Shown piece after piece: positions 51,101 through 63,100 of a stretch of 64,000 bases of DNA. Position 1 is the stretch's first letter, and each line of letters begins with the position of its first letter. Made by a program: the position numbers and the translations under genes. The notes under the pieces are model-generated. The model was not told where the DNA came from. It searched no databases and was given only the letters and a program-made list of their open reading frames with translations. The stretch comes from Laetmonice hystrix (lineage: Eukaryota): assembly GCA_965235115.1 (NCBI GenBank), contig OZ249436.1, positions 33,852,001 through 33,916,000 of the forward strand, read 5' to 3'.

Positions 51101-54100
51101 AGTTTATCAGTTTAAGTTTTATGGGGGGTGTTTTTAATTTTATTCCTCCACTGTTACTGAATTTCACGGTTTTTCACAAACAGGAAAAGCAAATCGTTTA
51201 AACCCAGGACAAGACCACCAAAGGTAAAGTTAAATCTCAAGTCTTTTGGACTTGATGATTAGGTAGTTGCATTACATCTTTAAGTAGTACTGATTTTACA
51301 GAAAAAAGAGCTTTGCCAGTTAGAATCTTTGACATTTGAACCCGTCAGATACATATAAAGTTATGACGTAGTAGCAGTGAAAGAACCCTGTATGAATCTC
51401 AGGAGATTTCTAAATTTTCAGGGTTGAATTCATCTCCCACGCTTTATGCTGTTTTAGAATTTCCGTGACCTCAAATCCATGAAGACCTTAGCTGGAAAAA
51501 CAGTGCTTGGACCACGAAGCAGTAAAGGGAAGAATAAACCACCGAGCGTCAGTGCCCAGTTCAGTGTAAGTAACACCCCGGTAATTAGGTTTAACAAGTG
51601 AGGATTTGATTTGTTGTTAAGAAAAGAAATATCACATTCTAATAAATACCAAGAGAACTCGAAAAGTATCGCAACATGGTAACTGACAATTTAAGGCCTA
51701 CATGCAGAGCAACAAAATATTTTTGTAGAAACTGAGAAAGGAAATTGGGCCTACCAACTAGGAAAGAACTGAATGTTAAATGATGAATATTTCAGCTGTC
51801 TTTGTGTAAACTGATGGAGACTCTAAACCATGCGAACCCCTTCTTCATCCGCTGTATCAAGTCCAATGCTGACAAGGTAAGTCAGTTAGGTGAAATGTTG
51901 CACACTTTATCGGACATTCCGGGCCCAACACTATGCCACTGGATTCTCAGGAGTGTCAAGGAACGAATCATAAGTAAATCAAATATCCTTGTACAGAGTG
52001 TCTGAAAATAAGTAAACAATTAGTATTAAGATCTTACCTTAATAGTTAATAGTTTTGTCAGGAGAGATAAATGATAAAACATGGAAACATGTGGTTTAGA
52101 GGTAAATCCAAAAGACGCTTGCTGTATATCAAGATGAATTGTGAACCGTAAAATTGTTGCAGGCACCGATCAAGTTTGATTCTGAGTTGGTGCTACGTCA
52201 GTTGCGATACACAGGAATGTTGGCCACTGTTCGCATTCGGCAGTCCGGCTACAACTACAGACTGACATTTGAGGTAAGCCTGATGACCACCGTCGCTTCT
52301 GACTGGCCAGTCATCATCTTGTATTGTACAATAACATTATCTGTTATCTGTTATGTAACATTTTTGATGACTTTCAAACCATTCATGAAAGTCCAAGAAA
52401 GTTTCTATATTTCCTAGTGGAAAAAAAGTAAAGTAAGCATTGAATTTGAAGTGCTCCAATTAAAGAAGGTTTGTGAATAGAATTGGAAAGTATACATGCT
52501 TGCAGACTACGTCAGTAGACCATCGGTATGTGGTTGAGGGAGAGTAGCACAGTGGCCCATATATTGTGTGTGTGAGCCCAGGCAGTGATGGTTGTTTGTG
52601 GTATGATCTATGATTCATGTCTGGGTGTCCCCTGTCAACAGGAGTTTATACAGCAATACAAGATCCTGCTGCCGACAGGTCTACTCAGCTCCAAGCAGGA
52701 TGTGCGCAACTTCCTTGAACATCTGGATCTAAACACTGAGAACTACCAGATTGGGAAAAATAAGGTAAGGGGCTGTAATAAAAGGACTTACAGAAGGTCT
52801 GCCCTGAAAGGACTGCAGTGCATGTGGTCGTGTGTGGTAGGGGCGTGTGCATGGTGATGCATGAGGAGAGGGCCGCAGCATTCGCGCTTCTCTTGTAGTT
52901 AAGCTTGCTTCGTGGTAGAGATCTTGAGAGGGTATACAGTCACACACAAGAGTTAAATGTGTGTCAGGTCACACAGGTGGTTGTAATACTGGCGATGTGC
53001 TAAATATCACGGGACTAGTACAGACTCTATTGTGGGAATTTATTTTGGGCCCAGACTCATGCTTGTTTCTGCTGAGAAAGTTAACATTGACTCCCCTTCC
53101 TGTTGTTTTGTTTTTGGTGCCTCTTGCTTGACCTTTTAACATAAATTACAGACTGACACAATTTGAAACTTTTGTGTCAAGCTTCCGCCATTTCATCGTC
53201 ACATTTTATGCAGAGATGAGATTTTTCTGCCGATTGGCAGATTTCTGCCTTTTTCTCGACCAAAAGGATCATCTCTGGCCAGTGTACAGTTAGGGTGTAT
53301 AACGTTTTTCCTGTTTTTTTCATTGTTGTCCTGTCCCATTCATTTATGTAGGCATATCATTGCCTCAAATTCTCTGTTTTGATCGTCCGTTACCGATAAT
53401 CACATTGCTACTTAATGAAAAACTATTATCATTGAGGGAATATGTGAATGGCTGAACTTACGATGAATATTTGAATGTTTCATTAGGCCAACAGTAGATG
53501 TATTTTGATTGCAAACAGATTGGGTTAAGTAAATTAATGAGGTCATGACATTGATGATAAGGTGGTTTATCATTTAGCATTATATCCTTGTATTAGGCTC
53601 TTCTACTCCCATGACCCTGGCGTTCTGTTTTTTTAACCACAACAGAATAGTTAAATCGCAAATGCTTCTCATGATCAGCACGATATCTTAATATAGCCCA
53701 CTTCCTATGTAATCAGGCTCTAAACTGTAACAGACTATGTCTGCATTGTGGGTATTCTTGATTTAGAAAGATTTGACTTAATGCCCAAGTAGCATTAAAG
53801 ATTTTTAAGCAAGAAGTTTAAAATATATGATGGAAAGTGCTTGTGAATTATCAGGAGCTGATTATTTATATGAATTCAATTTAGTAATGTCTTTTACATT
53901 ATGTAGTCCTAAGTCTCAATGTGACAGTTGTCTGCACCAAATAGTTTGGTTGAATCGTGAGGTTGTAACATGGATTCCCCTGGCGGCTGTCACGAGCCCT
54001 TCACCCAATCTAACTGCCCCAAGCACTGTTTCAGGCTGACGATCCATTCTAACATGTATCGCACATCAGCTCCAGTGATAGCAGACAATTAGTTGGCCCA

Positions 54101-57100
54101 CAAGTTATTGTTGGTCCTAACATCTGTCACCCTGATTAGATACACTAGTTTTTTATAACTTGATTAATATTTTTACTTAAGAAAACAATCATATGTAGAC
54201 ATCAAGTCTCCATTGCATAAGCTAGAGAACTTCATCAGTGTGTTTAATTTGGGACAACTTTAAAGTGCCTTAAAGGGCTTGGAATGATGTAACAAGAGAA
54301 TCGTTTTTTTCTTCCTGTTGCCAGCAATAGAAAGAATTTTTTTTTAATGAAAGACTAATTGGCTTCTGCTTTTTGTGAATGGCAAGAACACATGCTCAGT
54401 TGATTGCACAAGTAATTAATAAAAACTGTAATATTTATAAAAGCTGAATTAATTTGAATTACTCTGCTTTCTGAAACATTATATGCTCAAATAATAATAA
54501 TTTCTGTGGGTCTACTAGCTTCATTAAAGATCATTAACTGGGAGCTTCAGGGCCCCATTTCTTAGTTACTCACATGCCTGGTGATTTCATTAACCATTCA
54601 GAAGCCAACCAGTCTCTTTTCAAATGTTCATAATGTCATTTTTCGAGGATTTTCTTATCTGCCTCGCATCTTCCTTCTTCTGGTAAATTGTACGAGTAAA
54701 TAGTTTTTAGATAATTAAAATGGTAGAAACATCCCCGTGTAAATTTTTAATTTGATTGCTCCAGTGCAGGCCTACTATGATACACTTAACAAGAAACACT
54801 TTTAACAATACAGTAGGGCCTTTCATTCACTGTGTGACTCTTGTACTCCTGTGACCTTCACCTGACCTTGACCTTTGAATGACCTTGCACCGACCTTGCC
54901 GTGTGCTGTATCATGTCTGGCCTGCTGTGTTGCCCAGCTGCATGTGAAGCATGTCGTTGAGAAACACCTGAAGGACATGAACTACCAACTAGCCGAGACC
55001 AAGGTGGGTCAGCCGCGTCGTACCCCGCACCTTCCTTTTTCACCTGTCTTTCACCTGTCCTCGCCTGTCCCTGCCACCTTGTCATCAGTAGCATCACTGC
55101 TGTTTGGGTTTTGTTTTCTTTTACTTTAAAGCTTGCCAGTTTGAAAGACTCTACATGTGATCAACTTTGGTTGTTTCACTCAAACTTTCATTTCCTATGG
55201 GGAAAATGGATTCAAGTGTTCTTGGACCCTGTTTATAGAACAGGCTGAGAGTATGTGAGGCATGGGACAAGGATCCACGTATAGGTGTTGGATCAGACCG
55301 ACTGTCAAGGTTAAATTTTGTCAGCTGCTTCCTAAATTCACTGAGATATTAAAAGTCTTAAAAGGTTTTTCTCTGGAGGCATATTTAGCCCCGAACCTGG
55401 AAGGTCTTCAACTGGTGATATTTGTCCTGATGAGGTTGGAACCAGCTCATGTTTAGTTAGACTAAAGGTTTGCTAATAGATTAATCATCTTCTCTCCATT
55501 AGCCAGATTTCAGTAACGCTATAGAAAAGATCTTTGTAGGCTTTGCTAATTTTTGCATTTGGAGACGACACGTTTGCTTTGGGTGTTTAGATGTGAAAAA
55601 GCGAAAATGAATGAAGTAATCTGTATACAGTAAAGAGTTACCAGGGTAGCAAAAGTTGGTTGTGGAAGGAAATGAATAGATGTGTTGTCCATTATTAATA
55701 GAATAATCTATTTATTTTAGTTAAAAGTTAATTAATTTGATCTGGTCTAGAAATTCTTTTCACCTTAGCCAGTACCTGGTAAATTGTGAGACACAGCTTT
55801 GAGTATTGCCTTTATAATGTGTTTAATCAGTGCAAGCTTTCAGTTTGCTCTTACAATGGCAGCTGATAATGGCATTGATTTGTAAGCATGCTTTGTCACT
55901 AATGAATCGACCCGTGTCGGTATATAGAAAAGATCATTGGTTTGTTGCGCCATTCATTGAAAGAGTCATAATTCCTGGTCGCTAACAGTAGTTTCTGTCT
56001 TGGACACATTTATTCTATTCTTTGATATCAGATTACAGATTAATTTTTTTCCTTTAGAAACAAATAATTTCAGGATATCGGCACATCAACAAACACAGGT
56101 TCGAAATACCTGTTGTCATGTTTCCTATATCAGTTTGTGTATAGTGTACTAATTGTATTCCTGATCCTGCTCTGCAGGTGTTCCTTAGAGAAACAGAGAA
56201 ACTGCTGCTCGACGATGCTCTCCACCAGGCTATTATGAAACACATCGTGCACATCCAAAGATGGGCACGCACACGGCTTGAACGTCAACGATTCATGCGC
56301 ATGCGAGGAGCGTCTGTTTTGATACAGGTACAGAAGAGCTCAACTTTTTTATCAACTTGAATAGCTTCTGGAGGATGTTGTTGTTTTGTGACGTGGACTT
56401 CATGAAATCACAATTGTCTTTTTCTGTGTAAAATGATTCGTTTCATCAGACCCAATATAAGGTCTTCAGTCAGAAATCATTAAATGAAAACTCTTCTAAT
56501 GAGAATGTTTCCAACATTTTGGCATTTTTCCCAACCATAGGCTCAAGTACGGAGTTTCTTGGCCCAGCGAAAACTGCAGCGCCTGCGGATACAGTTCTAT
56601 GCAACTCTACTGATCCAGAAGGCATTCAGAGGATTCCGGGAACGGCGGAAACTTCGCTTGCAACGGGATGCTGCCATATGTATCCAGAAACAAGTGCGAG
56701 GACACCTGGCCCGGAGACAGTAGGTTTTACTTTCTGTTTCTCTCCTAGGTGTGAAGGATATAACAGGTGGTTTGACCTTGAACTTCATGACGTTATGTTG
56801 CTCTCCTCACAAATAGCAGTGTGGCTTCAAAGCTTTCTAAGGGAGGCTTTAATTGTCTAACTTCACCTTATAATGGTGTGGGATCGCATTGCTGGTTTAT
56901 GGCTTCAGTGCCATTCGTGCAGGAATGCAGTGCCAGATGGATTTCAAGGACCAAGTGAATGTTACAGATTTTCAGAGGGTGTCTAGACCATCAAAGCGTC
57001 AGAAGAAAAGAGACAGGAGTCTGCCATTCTCAACTGTTTTCCAGTCATCCTTATTACAAGCTTTGTCGACATCAAGATTTAATGACAAGGGGTGTAATAC

Positions 57101-60100
57101 TAGGTAACAAAGTAAAGAAAGCATTACGATTTGATGAGCTTAGACTCTATCTGGGTGTTTTCATGCTTCTCTTCCTTTTCTTTGTGGTGGTATTCTGGAC
57201 ATCCATTGCAATCTAGAGAAAACTAGGGCAGGTTTTAGTTTTCTATTTAATATCATGCAGAGTGGATATGAATTCATTGCCAGTCTATTTCATGCCCCCT
57301 TAAAGGCTGAAGTTGGGTCAAAAATATCAGTATGCAGCGAGTAAAGATTTCAGAAGGATAAGAATAAAGAAAAAACACCCGGGAGTCCTATGTTTTAGAG
57401 TTTGCATGAAAACGTTGCATGCAATATGATGCTGTGAAATCATATGTGAAGGAAAGAGATAAAAATTGAAGCTATTGATGAGAATGTTATTTGAAACAAG
57501 GAGAAATAGAATATGTGTGTTCGTGAAATGTGAGTTTAAATATATGTGAGGCTTGAATGATATATGAGGGTTGTTAGTGTTTGGTAGTGATGTCTTTGGG
57601 TCGTCATTTTCTTGTATATGTGAATTTTATTTTTTTACCATTCCGCGGTAGCATCAAAACAGCTCAAAAGCCATATATACAATGTACATGTAATCAGTTT
57701 TCTTGTATATGTGAGGTACACTAAGTACTTCTGTCCAATCTTAGTTTGATATATGTTTCTGTTTTAGGTCAGTTGAAAGCTTGGATAAGTATTTCTGGCG
57801 AAGACGTCACACTAGCATAAAGAAGTAAATGTTTACGATATTGTGCCATCATATTAGCTTTCCTTTCAAACCTGGAACTTTTTGGTTGTTAAAAACCTTA
57901 GCAATAACGTAGCATGGTGATGTTGCCTAACTTGTAAAAAAAAGAAGGAGAAAATTGAGATAGCAGTGTGCATGGGGGACAGTTTCTTTTGTATGGGGGC
58001 AGCAGGATCGGTGTTATGGATTGTATTATGGACTCTCTGCAAAGAAACGAAAAACAAAATTTTGGGTCAGCCATTGATACCGTGGCTCAGTTTTTGTAAG
58101 CTTCACCAAGATTTACTGGTTTTAGGCTTTTACCGGTTAGTTCAGATGACTTTGGTACGATTCTCATGATGAACTCGAAAAGGCACTTGTCATTGGGTAC
58201 TTTTAATTGTGTAAATTGTATTACCAGGATACTATAAAACGTAGACAGTAGAGATAATGCACGTCCAGTTTTCATTCGTTGCGCAGGTTCTCATTTTAAA
58301 TAGTGAGCAGCTGATTGGAATGTTGGAGGTATGATGACAACAGACTGTTAGCGCTGGTATGGGACGTTGTTGAATCGGAGTATGGTGGTAAAAAAACTGC
58401 TGCTTATGTTGAACATTGTATGGAGTTATAATGACAACAAACTCCTGGTTTTGTTGAACGTTGTTGTATGGGGGGTATGATGACAACAGACTTCTGCATT
58501 TTTTGAACGTTGTTGTAATATGGGGTATGATGACAACAGACTCCTGCATTTGTTGAACGTTGTTATATGGGGGTATGATGACAACAGACTCCTGCATTTG
58601 TTGAACGTTGTTGTATGGGGGTATGATGACAACAAACTCCTGCATTTTTTGAACGTTGTTGTAATATGGGGTATGAAGACAACAAACTCCTGCTTTTTTG
58701 AATGGTGTTGTTTGGGGGTATGATGACAAAAGACTCCTGCTTTCTTTGAATGTTGTTGTCTGGGGGTAAGATGACAACAGACTCCTGCTTACGTTAAGAG
58801 TAGTTGTGTAGTGGTGCAGAACCAGGGATAAACGGAATGAAGGAATATGGACGTAGCTGCTGGTGCCCTAATCGCTTGTGTACAGATTTCTTTGAAACCC
58901 CCTCCTCACCACGAAGCATCCCCTTCCCCAGACAAATGCCTCATTTATTGGTCCCCGTGGTAAAGGCATGATGTCCGTCACTCATCAGTGAGGACAGGAA
59001 AACTGGCCTTGGAGAACAAGAGTCATGTTTCTTGCATCAAGTGTAAAGAAGTAAACGTATAACGGCTTTAGAGTCCTACCGATGAGTCATGCTTCAGATG
59101 AAACAAATATTTCACATTGATTTTTTGGAATGCAAATGCAAATAATTCTTTTCTGAACTCTTTATAGAAATTCTAAACAACAAATATAATTTATTTTTAT
59201 AACAAAAAATTAGTAAGTTGCATCAGGTTTTTTGCTTGATTCAAGTGGGGACTCTAGTCTTTTGAGGCCAATCAGAATTTTCTGAAGATGAATTCCTTCT
59301 CCAGGCTGAACCTTGTGACCTGTCACCACTACATTCCACGACATACAGTCTTTGAAAGGAAAGGTGCCGTGCGCAGGTAAGACCGCTGCCCGAGTAATTG
59401 AGGCCTTGCTATCCGTGCTGCCACACCATTCACATAACTTGATCCAGCATCTCACAACACGATGACCTGCCGTCCGCAAGCCACCGAATACCTACTCATT
59501 GCCTTTGTCTCTCACTGATGTTCTATTCGATTGCTTTCAAGTTCACGTCACAGGCCAGGCCTGCCTTTCGTTAAGCAAGCCACACACACCAAAAGACCTC
59601 AATGTTCGCTTACACTAGAACAAGACCGTACGTTTTCCGAATTATTTAAATGAGCAGTGGAGGACTGAGGTCACGAAGAAGATGGAGCACCACTAGAAAG
59701 TGCACCATTTTTCAGAAAAATGACAAAATGACGCGGCTGTTTTTTTCCGTCAGAGCAGGATTTCATTCCCTATGTAGGTAACTAAGTCGAGTCAGATGAT
59801 TTTTAACTGTCTGACTGGGAATGTGTTTAGGCCTACTGTCTTGCCAATGTAAGCAAGATTTGTGTCTCTCGGTGTGTGTGGTTCCAAGACGTGCCCCACA
59901 TGACCACAACACTTTATGATTGCAAGTGTACGTCAGTACTGTTGTTTTAATTGCTATTCGTTAAAAAGAATATCTGAAGGGTGAAGCTCCAACATGCCAA
60001 GATAGATTGCAAGTGGAAAATGAATGGGATGTTTTAATGCATCAGCCAGTAAATTAAGTAATAGTAATTAAAATAGGGGCAATTTTGCCAATTTGAGGTT

Positions 60101-63100
60101 TTGTTATATAACAAGACATTCAACTTTGCGCGTTTTTTTTTAAACAACGGTATTAGTAAAGACTCAGATTTCGAGTTTTATATTGTATTACTAACTAGTC
60201 CTTATGGCACACCCTACCGGTATTGTAAATGAAAATTTTTCTAATCCCCCTCTCAGTTTAAAAAAATAACCTCTCCTTTTGTGAAACTCGATTATATGTT
60301 TTTATCAGAAACTAATCTTTTTAGGATTGAACAGAGGAGAATGCTTAGATGTCTTGAAATCCCCACATTCTTTGATGTTATTAACAAATTACGGTGTTGG
60401 ATGTATCAATAATCAATAGTATTCAGTTGGTTTTAATTTCTCTATTGTTAGTAAGTAACGATCATGGTATTGGAATCAAGCTAAGAATGTGAATAAATAT
60501 GGTACGAGTAAATCTAAACAGTCTGTTGTTCAAGTGATGGCACTTTTGTTAGTTACAGCAACAAGACATGACAGAACGTTTTGTCTAGTCTCGTTGGTTA
60601 ATGCGGTACTGGTAAAATAAATGAGGGCAGGTCTGGCCTGTTTTACTTTACACGGTGGAGCTGATTGAATTTCAGCCGGTAACAAGCGACACCTCAGCAC
60701 AAGTGCACAGTTATGTGCCATCTTATCTTTATTTTGGATATTGTATCAATGTTTTTAAGTTTCAATGTTTCTATGATATGGTGTTGCAGTATTTGTATTT
60801 CAGGAGGTTATAGTGATCCTCATGATCTCTGGGACACATTTTAACATGTTTATTGAACCCATATATATTATATCGATTTTAATTCCCAACAAAATCTCAG
60901 TTAGGGCAAGTGGGTGGGTGGGGGCTGACTGCGGCTTGCTGGGTGGGCGCTGACAGTGGGTGGCTGGGTGGGGCTTCTTTGTGTTCCACAATTGCACTGG
61001 TCACAGTCATCGTTTTTATTTTATGTGTTGCTTCGTCAAGATGTATTTAATGCCAACAAGATTTCATATCAACGTTATTTCTTTTTCGGTTATGTTGAGA
61101 AGGTACCATTCAATTTTCTGTCTTGCCTCCTTGAAGAATTTATAATTATGTCTTGATGTGTCTGAAATGATGAATTCATTGACAGTTTGACAGAAAAGTT
61201 GAGGTTACCAGATATTCTCACTTTTTCTTTAAAAAAACGTTTTCTCCTAAAGCATTCCTGTGTCAGAACTCAGGTTTATTGTTCCCAGCCGTTACACAAG
61301 TATTTGTTTTGTTGCCAGGGTGAAGGGTTTGCGAGATGAGCGGGAGCGGGAGCAGCAAGCACTCCTAGAACAGCAGCGAGAACTAGAGGCGGCAGCCGAG
61401 GAGCCATTGAGAGTCTCCCAGTTTGAAGAGGTCCCACGTGAAGACCTCCCAACTGAGCAATGGAAGCTCCTGTCAGAGCAGAAGAGTGTTAGGATGTCTG
61501 TGGAACAAATCCAGTCCTCTCAACATCTGCATCAGCAACAGAAACATGAAACGCTCGAGGGGAGCACCATTAGCAGCACAGGCGAAGAGACACGGATTGG
61601 CCCAGAGACCATAGACCTTCACTCATCAGCCAGCGATGAAGGCATCCTAACGAAGGAGTCGAGCATTGAGGAACTCATTGATAGAGAACTTGATCTGCAG
61701 CACCCAGCACATGGGCATGACTCTGAAGAGTATGCTGGAGTCTTTCTTCCTTATGGATTCAATGAATTAATTCTACCCCAGGACCCTACATTTGTAACGG
61801 CATTAAGAGCCGAGTGGGTAATCCTGGTTAAATATGTTTAATATTATAAAAAAATTAAAAACAAAAATTGTAGTGTGCAATATAGATTTTGAAAGTGGAG
61901 ATCAGAATTTGCAAATTATAATCTCTTTCACGTAATATGGAATATGATATAAAGAGAAGAGATGTACAGAATGAGATCTTTGCTATGAAACTTACAAAAG
62001 AAATGAGGTGTGTCATGAATAAGGGTAATTGGCAAAGTGTGATGTAGCTGTAGATGTATGGATGTACATTGGTGGTTCCAGGAGCAGTGGGATACTGGAC
62101 GACTCCGAGCCAGACAACGTGTCGCTGGAAACACCCAGAACCAAAAGTCGTGGGAGTTCATTCACTACTCCACCCTCCACCCCACACTCGCCCCAGCCGT
62201 TTGGTCATGATGGGGTGGATGGCAGGGTGCCCCCACTGCCCATTCCTAGGTACAGTGCTAGGCCCCAGTCTTGTGATTACTGGCGGTTAATCTTTGCTGG
62301 TTTCTCTACTGATGGTGCCCTAACCAAGCAAAATATGTTTTATCCAAAAATCATTCAGACTTTTTCTCTTCCTATATACTGGGTCACTAAAAAACGTATC
62401 TCCTTCGTTACATTGTAACAGACTTGATGGATCCCGAGCCCCCTCTTACCGCACGCAACAAGGCCCAAAGGACGTTGAAATCCGTATCAGACCAGCGATT
62501 CAGAAGTCAGGGTCTGAGGAATCCTTTCACTCAGCCAGTGACCAGCCTCAGGGAAGTGCTGTTTGGTCAGAAAAACGTATCCCGGTTCCCCTTGCCAAAC
62601 AGGAATCATTTAGTGACAATGTCGAAGATGTAAGTTTTTGTTCTCATTGAAATGGAGCTGTTGCCTGTTCTAATTGGCTTCTATTTATAAGTTTTTGGTC
62701 CCTTCAGTAATTTTTTATTGGCTAGCCTTATATGAGATCCAACTTTTCCCTTGACTTGGTTTAAGAAAACAAATGGTTTTTCTTTGATTTAGTAGTCTTT
62801 CCCCATTTTCATCAGTTGATTATCTTGCCGCAGCAGGATGGGACACAGGTACATCGGATCGCAATAACAGACGAGCGCCGACGTGAACTGGAACAGATGG
62901 TTGCTGCCGGCAAAGACCGGGAACCACCGCTGACGCCAACATCGCTGGCTTTGGGCGGCCAGGCCGGGGTTCGCAGCGGGCCCTTCAAGAGAGCCAAGCG
63001 CCACATCAAGAACATCATGGGAGGTGAGAATCTCTCTTAATGGTAATGTCATGGGAACATGCTGGTAAAGCACACAGTGTAATGATTCATTTAAATGCTT

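Noticed and set aside
53241-53294. 54-nt phase 0-0 segment ([18 protein letters not shown]) that could complete exon B to full converter length
   Set aside because: Poor donor (gtgtat) and acceptor, and it lacks the conserved Tyr of the converter helix.
56749-56766. 18-nt in-frame micro-exon candidate with a strong pyrimidine tract
   Set aside because: Only 29 nt from the upstream donor (56720), too short an intron to splice; from the earlier donor it reads a stop.
57300-57325. TTAA-AGG starts (also near 7897 and 29734) suggesting further Kolobok-like ends
   Set aside because: No convincing matching opposite terminus found.
58232-58777. 181-aa minus-strand and shorter ORFs over the 48-bp repeat
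   Set aside because: Repeat artefacts; the 47- and 50-bp units shift frame.
59210-59479. Protein-like 89-aa minus-strand ORF
   Set aside because: No recognisable domain; it is antisense to the better-supported 72-nt + strand cassette.
62424-62633. ORF-track call MMDPEPP... overlapping exon 26
   Set aside because: Exon phases require the other open frame (from 62423); a second open frame over about 200 nt is plausible by chance.
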